Notes under the pieces: model-generated
Databases searched by the model: none
The model's input: only the letters and a program-made list of their open reading frames with translations
Told to the model about the DNA's origin: nothing
DNA from: an uncultured Erysipelotrichaceae bacterium
Lineage (GTDB): Bacteria > Bacillota_I > Bacilli_A > Erysipelotrichales > Erysipelotrichaceae
Length of the DNA stretch: 32,000 nucleotides
Assembly (NCBI GenBank): GCA_942492995.1
Contig: OW818653.1
Coordinates: 1,830,001-1,862,000, forward strand
Direction of reading: 5' to 3'
Made by a program: the position numbers and the translations under genes
Part shown: positions 9,057 through 17,417 of the stretch, piece after piece
How positions within the stretch are numbered: position 1 is the first letter of the stretch
Layout: each line of letters opens with the position of its first letter

Positions 9057-10320
9057 GCGGATATTAAGCAACTGTACATTATTAGATGAGGAAGGGAACT
9101 TCCATTTTAATCAGTCTATCGTAATAAACGATGGCATAATCGAACGAATTACATCCGATGAATTGAATGGAGAAGATTGTAGTAATTTAATTATTAGTCC
9201 AGGATTTGTGAACTTACATACACATGCCGCAATGAATATCTTTAAAGGAATTGCGGAAGATGTACACATAGACGCATGGTTCAATGAAGAAATTTGGCCA
9301 TATGAAAGTAAGATGTTGGATGAAGATGTGTATGTCGGGACAAAACTTGCGATAGCAGAAATGCTTAATAATGGCGTTACTGCGTTTGCGGATCATTACT
9401 TTAATCCTAAATCGATTATTAGAGCAATTGAAGAGACTAACATAAAAGGTGATTGTGCAATCACTCTTTTTAGTCAATTCCCGGGTTATCATGAGAATCT
9501 CACTGAAGCGATTGATTTAATTCGTACACGTCAAACTGAAACAGTTCATTTACGTTTAGGACCACATTCTCCTTATACCTGTAGTTTTGAAGCACTTCAA
9601 GAAATGAGTGATTGGGCGAAAGAATTGAAGTGTGGATTACATTTACATGTCTCAGAAACACAACGCCAAGTCGATGATAGTATCGAATTACACAATAAGA
9701 AACCTTTGGAGATTACAGCACTTGCGGGATGTCTAGATGTACCATGCATTATAGGTCATGGATTATACATTACTCCAGATGAATTCAAACTTCTCCAAGA
9801 TGACACAATGATTGCCTTAAGTGTTAAAACCTATCAAAAATTAGCGATGGGAGTTGGATTCTTATGGGAAAATCTAGATGATAAACACTATGCGATTGGG
9901 ACGGATGGGGCCGCATCAAGCAATACATTATCTCCACTAGAACAAGCGCGTACCTTAGCATTACTCTTAAAACATGAAAAAATGGATTCAACATTAGCGG
10001 ATATTAAACAAATTTGGAAACTTTTAATGAATGGACATAACGCATTAAGCTTTAATAGTGGTAAATTAAAGGTAGGATATGCGGCGGATCTTATTTTCTG
10101 GGATTTGCGTCGTATTAATACATTACCCCTCTATAATCCACTAGCGTCTATCATATATAGTAGTGATTCAACGAATATTAAAGCAGTCATGATTAATGGA
10201 GAATACGTTAAAGAAGATTATCATTTGAAGATGGATGAAGAAGCACTAATTAGTGAAGTTCAAACTTGTGTAAAGAATTTACTCGAACGTGGTAAAGGAA
10301 AGGCGAAGGTAGAATTCTAA
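9043..10320 (+). CDS. Amidohydrolase-superfamily nucleoside/base deaminase (MtaD/5'-deoxyadenosine-deaminase-like)
   Basis: SPGFVNLHTHAAMNIFKG, HLHVSETQRQVDDS and IGTDGAASSNTL match the metal-ligand motifs of MtaD/SsnA-type deaminases as I recall them. The start could be GTG 9037 or ATG 9043, and either overlaps the upstream gene. Confidence 0.8.
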   Translation: MKNDKRILSNCTLLDEEGNFHFNQSIVINDGIIERITSDELNGEDCSNLIISPGFVNLHTHAAMNIFKGIAEDVHIDAWFNEEIWPYESKMLDEDVYVGTKLAIAEMLNNGVTAFADHYFNPKSIIRAIEETNIKGDCAITLFSQFPGYHENLTEAIDLIRTRQTETVHLRLGPHSPYTCSFEALQEMSDWAKELKCGLHLHVSETQRQVDDSIELHNKKPLEITALAGCLDVPCIIGHGLYITPDEFKLLQDDTMIALSVKTYQKLAMGVGFLWENLDDKHYAIGTDGAASSNTLSPLEQARTLALLLKHEKMDSTLADIKQIWKLLMNGHNALSFNSGKLKVGYAADLIFWDLRRINTLPLYNPLASIIYSSDSTNIKAVMINGEYVKEDYHLKMDEEALISEVQTCVKNLLERGKGKAKVEF

Positions 10321-11690
10321 TGAAAGCTTGGGAAATTGAACGTAAGAAAATGGATGAAGCAATCCCTCGTATCCTTACAGATGAGGAACAAACCTGGGAT
10401 TATGCGAATGTATTAGAAAAGAATACCGATGATTATCTTAAATTAATGTGGAGTAGTCATGTGCCTGGATCGTATGCGCCTGAATCATTGATGGTTGCGG
10501 CAATCCAATCACTTGAAAATCGTGGTTACTATGTAGAGAATTCAGATGAACTTCTCGAAACAGGATTAAAAGCACTAGCAAATAATGATATGTTAAAACT
10601 CAACGAAGTGAGTGGTTTAATGTGGCGTGGTATTCATCATGCGAAAGTAAATCATGCGTCATTCTATTGGAGATACACGTCCTACCATGATTTCGGACAT
10701 TATTGTTCACATGTGCATTTTGCGCCAAGAGTTGATATTATCAAAGATGATATTCTATTGGATAAGATTTATGCCGGTTGGTTAGCACAGATTATTGGTG
10801 GTGCCGTTGGGACTGCGATAGAAGGCTATACAACGAAGAATATTCAAGAAACATTTGGGGATGTGTATGATTATGTACGTAAACCAAATACGTACAATGA
10901 TGATATAACCTTCGAATTAGCATTTCTAAAGGCATTCCAAGAAAAAGGTAGAAACTTAACGAGTGAAGATGTTGCGCTAAAATGGTTAGCGTATATTCCA
11001 ATGGCTTGGTCTGCAGAGGATATCGCATTACGTAACCTTAAACAAGGAATCTTCCCTCCAGAAAGTGGACGCTTTAATAACCCATACAGTGATTGGATTG
11101 GGGCACAAATGCGTGGCGCAATCTGTGGTATGTTAGCGCCGGGTGATGCGCGTGAAGCAGCTCGCTTAGCGTGGGTAGATGCGTCAATCTCGCATGATAA
11201 TAATGGTATATTAGGTGAAGTCTTTAATGCGGTACTTGTATCGTTAAGCTTTAGTTATATTGACACAAAAGAACTATTAACAGAAACACTCTTAAGTATT
11301 CCTCGTGATAGTGAGTATTATCACTTTGCGAATACGGCATTGATTCAATGTCATAATCATGATAATTGGAAAGACGCATGGAGTGTATGTGAAGAGATAT
11401 TCAGAGAATATAATTGGATCCATGCATATCCAAATGTGATGGCAGAAATTGTGGCACTTTGGTATGGTAATAATGATTTCACGGAAACATTACATATTAT
11501 ATCGATGTGTGGACAAGATGTGGATTGTAATGCGGCACAAATATTATCCGCATTAGGGTGTATGAATGGATCAAAATCAATTCCGACTAAATATAAGAAA
11601 CCGATCAAAGATCGTTTGGATACCTATTTACGAGTTGATAAGAAGATGAGTATAAAACAACTCGCAAAAGATACGTTTGCGTGCTTATAA
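10320..11690 (+). CDS. ADP-ribosylglycohydrolase (ARH/DraG) family protein with an unassigned N-terminal domain of about 145 aa
   Basis: ARH-like motifs are AGWLAQIIGGAVGTAIEGY, YNDDITFELAF and the C-terminal CGQDVDCNAAQILSALG (compare the GGDTD-x-NAA metal site). The start overlaps the deaminase stop (TAATG). Confidence 0.7.
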   Translation: MKAWEIERKKMDEAIPRILTDEEQTWDYANVLEKNTDDYLKLMWSSHVPGSYAPESLMVAAIQSLENRGYYVENSDELLETGLKALANNDMLKLNEVSGLMWRGIHHAKVNHASFYWRYTSYHDFGHYCSHVHFAPRVDIIKDDILLDKIYAGWLAQIIGGAVGTAIEGYTTKNIQETFGDVYDYVRKPNTYNDDITFELAFLKAFQEKGRNLTSEDVALKWLAYIPMAWSAEDIALRNLKQGIFPPESGRFNNPYSDWIGAQMRGAICGMLAPGDAREAARLAWVDASISHDNNGILGEVFNAVLVSLSFSYIDTKELLTETLLSIPRDSEYYHFANTALIQCHNHDNWKDAWSVCEEIFREYNWIHAYPNVMAEIVALWYGNNDFTETLHIISMCGQDVDCNAAQILSALGCMNGSKSIPTKYKKPIKDRLDTYLRVDKKMSIKQLAKDTFACL

Positions 11691-11705
11691 GGAGAATTAA
11701 TTTCA

Positions 11706-12614
11706 ATGGGAAAAATTGTCGTGGTTGGAAGTATTAATATGGACTATACTGCGCTATTAGCTGAATTACCTCATCCTGGTGAAACACTAATGGCAAAAGG
11801 ATTCAAGATGTCAGGTGGGGGTAAAGGCGCAAACCAAGCAATGGCTGCGGCTGCCTTCTCAAAAGATGTCTTAATGATTGGATGTTTAGGGGATGATCCA
11901 GCCGGACATGCATTATATAAGAAGATGCAAGACAAAGGTATCGATGTATCATGTGTTGAATTCTCAACCGTCCCAACCGGTAATGCGTTAATCTATGTGG
12001 CAGAAGAAGGCAAGAATACAATCGTTGTCTATCCTGGCGCAAATCATGAATGTACAATTGAATTGGTAGAGAAATATCGTAGTGTTATTGAATCAGCGAG
12101 CTTAGTAATGATGCAGCTGGAGATACCGATGAAAACCGTCGAATATGTCGCAGATATGGCATTTAAGGCAAATGTTCCTGTATTGCTTAACCCTGCACCT
12201 GCTCAAACATTATCAACTGAATTAATTAGTAAGATTACGTATTTAACACCGAATGAAACTGAACTCTTACGTATCACAAATCAATATGATGCGTCAAAAG
12301 GTGCTAGCGCTTTACAACATATGGGTGTAAAGAATGTGATTATAACACTTGGTTCCAGTGGATGTTACATGAAGACTGAACATGAAGAAGCACGTATCCC
12401 AACATTCAAAGTGAATGCGATTGATACGACTGCGGCTGGTGATTCATTCAGTGGTGCATTAGCCGCTCATCTTGCGAAAGGTACACCTCTAAAAGAAGCG
12501 CTTAAAATTGCGAACGCAACAGGTGCTTTAACTACAACCAAAATTGGAGCACAAGAAGCTCTACCGACTGAAGAAGAAGTGCTGGATTTAATCAAACAAC
12601 AAGAAACAGTGTAA
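11706..12614 (+). CDS. rbsK: Ribokinase (PfkB family)
   Basis: Ribokinase signatures GGKGANQA, NPAPA, LTPNETE and DTTAAGDSF, plus TTTKIGAQ. AAGGAG lies upstream. Confidence 0.9.
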   Translation: MGKIVVVGSINMDYTALLAELPHPGETLMAKGFKMSGGGKGANQAMAAAAFSKDVLMIGCLGDDPAGHALYKKMQDKGIDVSCVEFSTVPTGNALIYVAEEGKNTIVVYPGANHECTIELVEKYRSVIESASLVMMQLEIPMKTVEYVADMAFKANVPVLLNPAPAQTLSTELISKITYLTPNETELLRITNQYDASKGASALQHMGVKNVIITLGSSGCYMKTEHEEARIPTFKVNAIDTTAAGDSFSGALAAHLAKGTPLKEALKIANATGALTTTKIGAQEALPTEEEVLDLIKQQETV

Positions 12615-12627
12615 AAACTGTTTTTTT
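12604..12627 (+). terminator. Rho-independent terminator of the nucleoside operon
   Basis: AAACAGT (12604-12610) pairs with ACTGTTT (12617-12623) and a T-run follows. The stop codon sits in the loop. Confidence 0.55.
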
Positions 12628-12638
12628 AATATAATGTG

Positions 12639-12692
12639 TTGACAAACTAACAACTGTTAGTATATACTTCAATCGTACTAACGACTGTTAGT
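12639..12692 (+). promoter_or_regulatory. Promoter (TTGACA-16 nt-TATATA) with two copies of a 16-bp palindromic operator
   Basis: TTGACA at 12639-12644 and TATATA at 12661-12666. ACTAACAACTGTTAGT lies at 12646-12661 and ACTAACGACTGTTAGT at 12677-12692, centres 31 bp apart. A TetR gene is the last gene of the downstream operon. Confidence 0.55.
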
Positions 12693-12703
12693 TTGGAGGA
12701 GCT

Positions 12704-13081
12704 ATGTTTAACCTAAATCAAACACTTACACTTCTTATACCAATCTCTGCATTAATCTGGCTTGTTGTATCTATTTACCAATTAAGAACAAAAAAGATTA
12801 CGTCACTTACGTTTATTGTCTATTTTATAATTGGATTAACTATTTGTATTATGGCCGCATATCGGGATGGTTATGGATTTACAGATTCATCACTTATTCC
12901 ATTAAGTAGTTTATTATCTGCAGTGTTATCGATTCTTGGGTTGAGTTTGTTTGTAATAACTGTTGTAGGAGTGATAAGTAAGAATAAACAAACGAAATTA
13001 CAAATGTTTACAGTGATGATTCTAATCTTTGTGATAAAGTTTGCGACAGTTGAAATGATAGCGTTAGGTCAAAATCTATGA
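12704..13081 (+). CDS. Small integral membrane protein (about 4 TM segments), function unknown
   Basis: 125-aa hydrophobic ORF with GGAGGAG 4 nt upstream. Its stop overlaps the next start (ATGA). Confidence 0.55.
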   Translation: MFNLNQTLTLLIPISALIWLVVSIYQLRTKKITSLTFIVYFIIGLTICIMAAYRDGYGFTDSSLIPLSSLLSAVLSILGLSLFVITVVGVISKNKQTKLQMFTVMILIFVIKFATVEMIALGQNL

Positions 13082-13812
13082 ACATCACATTAATTCATGG
13101 CACAAATCGAAGAGGCAGTACGTATCATATTACACATCAGATTATTGAAAAACTAGATTCACGTATTCATCCTGTTATTACGGAATATTTTGTACCACAA
13201 GCTCTTCCCCAAGCATGTGTTGGTTGTTACAGATGTATCTATGAATCAGAAATGAAATGTCCACATGCGTCATCTACATCACCCATTAAACAATCGATGT
13301 TAGAGGCAGATCTTATCGTTTTAACATCACCCGTCTATGTATTTAATGTGAGTGGTTCAATGAAATCATTCTTAGATCATTTTGGTTATCAATGGATGTC
13401 ACATCGACCAGAGAAATCAATGTTCAGTAAACTTGGATTGAGTGTTGTGACAGCGGCAGGAGCTGGGTTAGGTTCAACACAGAAAACACTTAAGACGAAT
13501 TTTCAGTTTTGGGGAATTAAACAAACATTTGGATTTAAGCATGCGGTAATGTCTAAATCATATGAAGAAATACCAGAGAAGATTAAGCTTAAAATGAATA
13601 AAAAAATAGAACGAATGGCTAAATCATTATCTAGGGCGTATCTATACCCAAAGAAGAAACCAGAATTCATGACTCAACTCTATTTCAATGTCATGCGTAT
13701 GGGTAAAAAAGGGCATCCTGAATGGAATGAAACAGATCATAGATACTGGCAAATTAACAATTTATTTAAGGTAAAACCTTGGGAATCTGATTCAACCATG
13801 ATAGGATTGTAG
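13078..13812 (+). CDS. Flavodoxin-family / NADPH-dependent FMN reductase-like protein with a Cys cluster (iron-sulfur flavoprotein-like)
   Basis: N-terminal ITLIHGTNRRGSTY, the Cys motif ACVGCYRC-x8-CP, and LTSPVYVFNVSGSMKSFLD, which is typical of FMN reductases. Confidence 0.7.
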   Translation: MNITLIHGTNRRGSTYHITHQIIEKLDSRIHPVITEYFVPQALPQACVGCYRCIYESEMKCPHASSTSPIKQSMLEADLIVLTSPVYVFNVSGSMKSFLDHFGYQWMSHRPEKSMFSKLGLSVVTAAGAGLGSTQKTLKTNFQFWGIKQTFGFKHAVMSKSYEEIPEKIKLKMNKKIERMAKSLSRAYLYPKKKPEFMTQLYFNVMRMGKKGHPEWNETDHRYWQINNLFKVKPWESDSTMIGL

Positions 13813-13813
13813 T

Positions 13814-14416
13814 ATGAACACGAAAGATAAAATTATTGAAGTAGCGCTTGATTTATTCTCAGTCAATGGATATGAATCTGTTTCTGTAAGAGATATATCC
13901 AGAGCTGTAGGGATTAAAGAAAGCTCGCTTTATAATCACTTTAAGAATAAACAAGATATCTTTGATACGATTATCCAAGTGTGTACTGAAAAGGCTATGA
14001 ATCAATACAAAGATCTTAAGATTGATCAAACACTACAAGGTGACTTTAAAGTGTATGATCGAATATCGGAAGAGTTATTGATAAAGATAAGTATGGATTT
14101 ATTTGAATTCTATGTGACAGATAACGATATGTCACGTTTTAGAAAGATATTAATTATCGAACAATTCAAGAATAAGACGATTCAAGATGTGTACTTTAAA
14201 CACTTTATGGATGATGCGATACATTTCCAAACTCAACTCTTTCATTACTTAATGGAAGTTGGAGCACTAAGAAAAGCGAATCCTGAGACACTAGCGTATG
14301 AGTTTTATTCCCCAATTTTCTTACTTATGAATCGTTATGATACATTAGATGAAACCGTAAAGAATCAGATTGTAGAACACATAAAACACTTTAATCGAAC
14401 AAACGCAAACGAATGA
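13814..14416 (+). CDS. TetR/AcrR-family transcriptional regulator
   Basis: The N-terminal HTH KDKIIEVALDLFSVNGYESVSVRDISRAVGIKESSLYNHFKNKQDIF is the canonical TetR_N signature. Confidence 0.9.
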   Translation: MNTKDKIIEVALDLFSVNGYESVSVRDISRAVGIKESSLYNHFKNKQDIFDTIIQVCTEKAMNQYKDLKIDQTLQGDFKVYDRISEELLIKISMDLFEFYVTDNDMSRFRKILIIEQFKNKTIQDVYFKHFMDDAIHFQTQLFHYLMEVGALRKANPETLAYEFYSPIFLLMNRYDTLDETVKNQIVEHIKHFNRTNANE

Positions 14417-14442
14417 AAGCAGAGAAATTATCTGCTTTTTTT
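14417..14442 (+). terminator. Rho-independent terminator
   Basis: AAGCAGA (14417-14423) pairs with TCTGCTT (14431-14437), followed by a T-run. Confidence 0.7.
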
Positions 14443-14490
14443 GTCGATTCTTTGAAATAAACACTCTATAGTATATATATAGGAGACTAC

Positions 14491-14991
14491 ATGAGTAAAA
14501 AAGAAGAATTTGAATCAATCTATCGTGCAACGTTTAATACGATCAGTAAACAAGTGTACTTCAAGGTCGCAAAGATAGAAGATGCGGAAGACATCGTTCA
14601 AGAAGTCTATTTAGATTTCTATAAATACATTATCGCAAAAGGCAAAACTGTAGAAAACGTACAGGCTTATTTAATCCAAATGTCCAACAACAAGCTTTCT
14701 CATTATTACAAAGATAAAACAGTTGAATTCACAGTAGAAGATGATCAAGCTCTGTTTAATAATATTGAAGAACCCAGTAATTTAGAATTCGATATCTTAG
14801 AGAAGATTAGTTTGGATGAGATTTGGGATGCGGTTAAGACATTATCTGATATGGATCAACACATATTAATTGATTATTATCGCTTTGGGTATAATTTTAG
14901 AGAAATCTCTGAACGATATAAGATGCCAGAGAGCACAATCAAAAGTCGCTGTGCAAATGCGATTAAACAATTAAAAGAATTATTAAAATAA
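14491..14991 (+). CDS. ECF-type sigma-70 family RNA polymerase sigma factor
   Basis: Region 2-like EDAEDIVQEVYLDFYKY and region 4 HTH NFREISERYKMPESTIKSRCANAIKQLKE. AGGAG SD upstream. Confidence 0.85.
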   Translation: MSKKEEFESIYRATFNTISKQVYFKVAKIEDAEDIVQEVYLDFYKYIIAKGKTVENVQAYLIQMSNNKLSHYYKDKTVEFTVEDDQALFNNIEEPSNLEFDILEKISLDEIWDAVKTLSDMDQHILIDYYRFGYNFREISERYKMPESTIKSRCANAIKQLKELLK

Positions 14992-15045
14992 TTTCGTCGA
15001 AAATTATAAATCAAATCTCTGTATGAGTGAAAGGACTTGGTGAAT

Positions 15046-16041
15046 ATGAACAAGCTCGAAAAAAGTATACAAAAAAATGCATTTAATGAAGATGGATTAT
15101 TAAGTAAAATTCAAGCAAAGAATCACGACCTTAAGTCCTATTCGTTTTTCGGAGGAAAAAATATGAAAAAGATAGTAAGCTTAACAGCATTAAGTTTTGC
15201 GTTAATCTTTGCGGTTTGGTTTGGCTTCAATCAGAATAACGTTGTGACTGAAGAACCAGTTGTAATGTTAGTTGGAATTGATATTAACCCAAGCTTCGAA
15301 TTATCCGTAAATGAAGATGATAAAGTCGTCGAAATTGAAGCATTAAATGATGATGCGGAAACAATCGCAGTCATTGATTTAGTTGGACAAGATGTAGAAG
15401 ATGTAGTAGAAGAAATCATTCGTAGAACTGAAGCAGCTGGATTCTTAAACTTAATTGATTTAGATGAAGACTTCGTGGTAGTTTCAACAGTATCACTTAC
15501 TGATGATGAAGATGATCAGGATGATATGGAAGAACAACTTGAAAAGAAAATTCGTGATAGTGAATACTTACAATCATTGAATATCGTACAAGTTAAGGCT
15601 ACTCAAAGAGAAAAATTTGAAGCTGATGGAAAAAATATTCCAGTAGGTCTATATGTTATTAACGGATTTGTATTACAAGAAGATGGTACTTTCTTAAGTG
15701 CTAAAGAATTCTTCTCAAATCCTGAGAATAAAGACAAAATCAGTAATCGTTCAAATATTACTGTTGAGAAACAAGAAAAATTAAAACTACGTATCGAAAA
15801 AGTTTTAACTGAACTTGAATTAACAGGATTTGTAGGGACAGAATATCGTGCAAGACTTGTAGATGCGACATATGAAGAATTACTTCAGATTCAAGCAGAA
15901 CTAAAAGTCGAAACGAAAAACATGAAAAAGAATAATGAAGAAGATGACGATTCAGAAGAATCAGATACTGAAATAACTGAACCGCGTGGAAATTCTAATG
16001 TATTGCCCAAAGGGAACGAAAACGCAGGGAATAAGAATTAA
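15046..16041 (+). CDS. Putative membrane-anchored anti-sigma factor (single TM, acidic extracytoplasmic domain)
   Basis: Sits immediately downstream of the ECF sigma gene. It has a short cytoplasmic N-terminus, the TM segment IVSLTALSFALIFAVWFGF, then GIDINPSFELSVNEDDKVVEIEALNDDAE, which I recall as typical of Firmicute RsgI-like anti-sigma proteins. An alternative start at 15163 has a stronger SD. Confidence 0.5.
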   Translation: MNKLEKSIQKNAFNEDGLLSKIQAKNHDLKSYSFFGGKNMKKIVSLTALSFALIFAVWFGFNQNNVVTEEPVVMLVGIDINPSFELSVNEDDKVVEIEALNDDAETIAVIDLVGQDVEDVVEEIIRRTEAAGFLNLIDLDEDFVVVSTVSLTDDEDDQDDMEEQLEKKIRDSEYLQSLNIVQVKATQREKFEADGKNIPVGLYVINGFVLQEDGTFLSAKEFFSNPENKDKISNRSNITVEKQEKLKLRIEKVLTELELTGFVGTEYRARLVDATYEELLQIQAELKVETKNMKKNNEEDDDSEESDTEITEPRGNSNVLPKGNENAGNKN

Positions 16042-16070
16042 GGAAGGGAGATAATCTCTTCCTTTTTTTT
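16041..16070 (+). terminator. Rho-independent terminator
   Basis: AGGAAGGGAG / CTCTTCCT stem followed by T8. Confidence 0.75.
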
Positions 16071-16112
16071 GTGTAACATACAGTATAATAGGGATTAAGT
16101 TTGAGGAAAGAT

Positions 16113-17396
16113 ATGAAGAAAATTATTATAAGTATAATTATTGGACTTGCCTTAAGTGCTTGTTCAAGTAAACTGCCTAAAATAGAGACAGGTAGTGATA
16201 TAAAATTGTATGTTGCGACAGACATTCATTTACTCGCAGAAGAACTTATGACGAATGATGATTTAATGGCACAAGTTTTTGAATTTGGGGATGGACGATT
16301 TGTGCATTATACGAATGAGTTGATGAGTACATTTACCAATACAATTAATGAGAACCAACCCGATATTCTTGTTTTAAGTGGTGATCTAACGCATGATGGA
16401 GAGAAGTTAAGTCATGAGGCATTGGTTAAACAACTAAAAGAAATTGAAAAGAATGGAACACGTGTATTCGTAGTACCTGGTAATCATGATTTAGAGAATG
16501 CTTTCGCAAAAGATTATGCGGTAGGTGGTTGGAAAACAGCTGAAACAGTATCGGCAGATGAATTTGAATCAATCTATAAGAACTTTGGATATGATGAGGC
16601 AATATCACGCGATCCTTCGGGATTAAGTTATTTAGCTGCACCATCGGACGATGTATATCTACTTATGTTAGATTCCAATAAGTATGGGATTCTAAACATG
16701 CCAACAGGTGGTGGTAAATTAACCGATGATACACTTAATTGGATTAAAGAGGCAACCCAAATTGCACGTGATAATAACGCACAGATTATAACAGTTATGC
16801 ATCATAATCTCATTAAACACAGCGAACGTTTATATGAAGGATATGTAATTAATAATAGTGATGAAGTTGTCCCTATTTTTGATGAACTAAATTTAAACAT
16901 TGTCTTAAGTGGACACATGCATGCTCAAGATATTAAGTATACTGAACAAGCAAATAACACCATCTATGATATTGTCACAAGTTCAATGAGTATATTTCCA
17001 ATGAATTATGGCGTTGTGGAGTATAAAAAAGGAAAAGGGTTTAGTTATCACTTAGAATCGTTGGATGTTCAATCATGGGCACAAACCAATAGTACAGATG
17101 CGAACTTACTAAATTTTGATGAATACGCAAAAGATATGAATTTTACACAGAACTACAATCGTGCGTTAGCTTCGTTTGTGGAAGACGAGATTATGATTGA
17201 TCCAACCATTAAATTAAGCGATGAAACAATCTTGCGATTAAAAACAGAGAATTTTAATGGAGTTATACGTCAAATTAAGAATGAGATATTGTTGTTAAAT
17301 GGACTAATAACGGAAGAAGAAATAGTATCACAAACTAACACTGTCCCAAGAATCACAACTGTAGAGATTCCTGAACAAGTCATCCTAAAAAAATAA
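16113..17396 (+). CDS. Lipoprotein metallophosphoesterase (calcineurin-like)
   Basis: Lipobox LSAC. Phosphoesterase motifs are ATDIHL, GDLTHDG, GNHD and GHMHAQ. The ATG at 16113 follows GAGGAAAG. Confidence 0.85.
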   Translation: MKKIIISIIIGLALSACSSKLPKIETGSDIKLYVATDIHLLAEELMTNDDLMAQVFEFGDGRFVHYTNELMSTFTNTINENQPDILVLSGDLTHDGEKLSHEALVKQLKEIEKNGTRVFVVPGNHDLENAFAKDYAVGGWKTAETVSADEFESIYKNFGYDEAISRDPSGLSYLAAPSDDVYLLMLDSNKYGILNMPTGGGKLTDDTLNWIKEATQIARDNNAQIITVMHHNLIKHSERLYEGYVINNSDEVVPIFDELNLNIVLSGHMHAQDIKYTEQANNTIYDIVTSSMSIFPMNYGVVEYKKGKGFSYHLESLDVQSWAQTNSTDANLLNFDEYAKDMNFTQNYNRALASFVEDEIMIDPTIKLSDETILRLKTENFNGVIRQIKNEILLLNGLITEEEIVSQTNTVPRITTVEIPEQVILKK

Positions 17397-17417
17397 GGGC
17401 AATTATTGCCCTTTTAA
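17387..17417. terminator. Bidirectional terminator between convergent genes
   Basis: Palindrome GGGCAAT-T-ATTGCCC (17397-17411), flanked by an A-run upstream and TTTTAAAA downstream. Confidence 0.6.

Noticed and set aside
10320-11690. The ARH protein as the antitoxin or reversal enzyme of an ADP-ribosyltransferase toxin or defence system
   Set aside because: No ADP-ribosyltransferase-like or other toxin gene is adjacent. The gene is translationally coupled to metabolic genes (deaminase upstream, ribokinase downstream).
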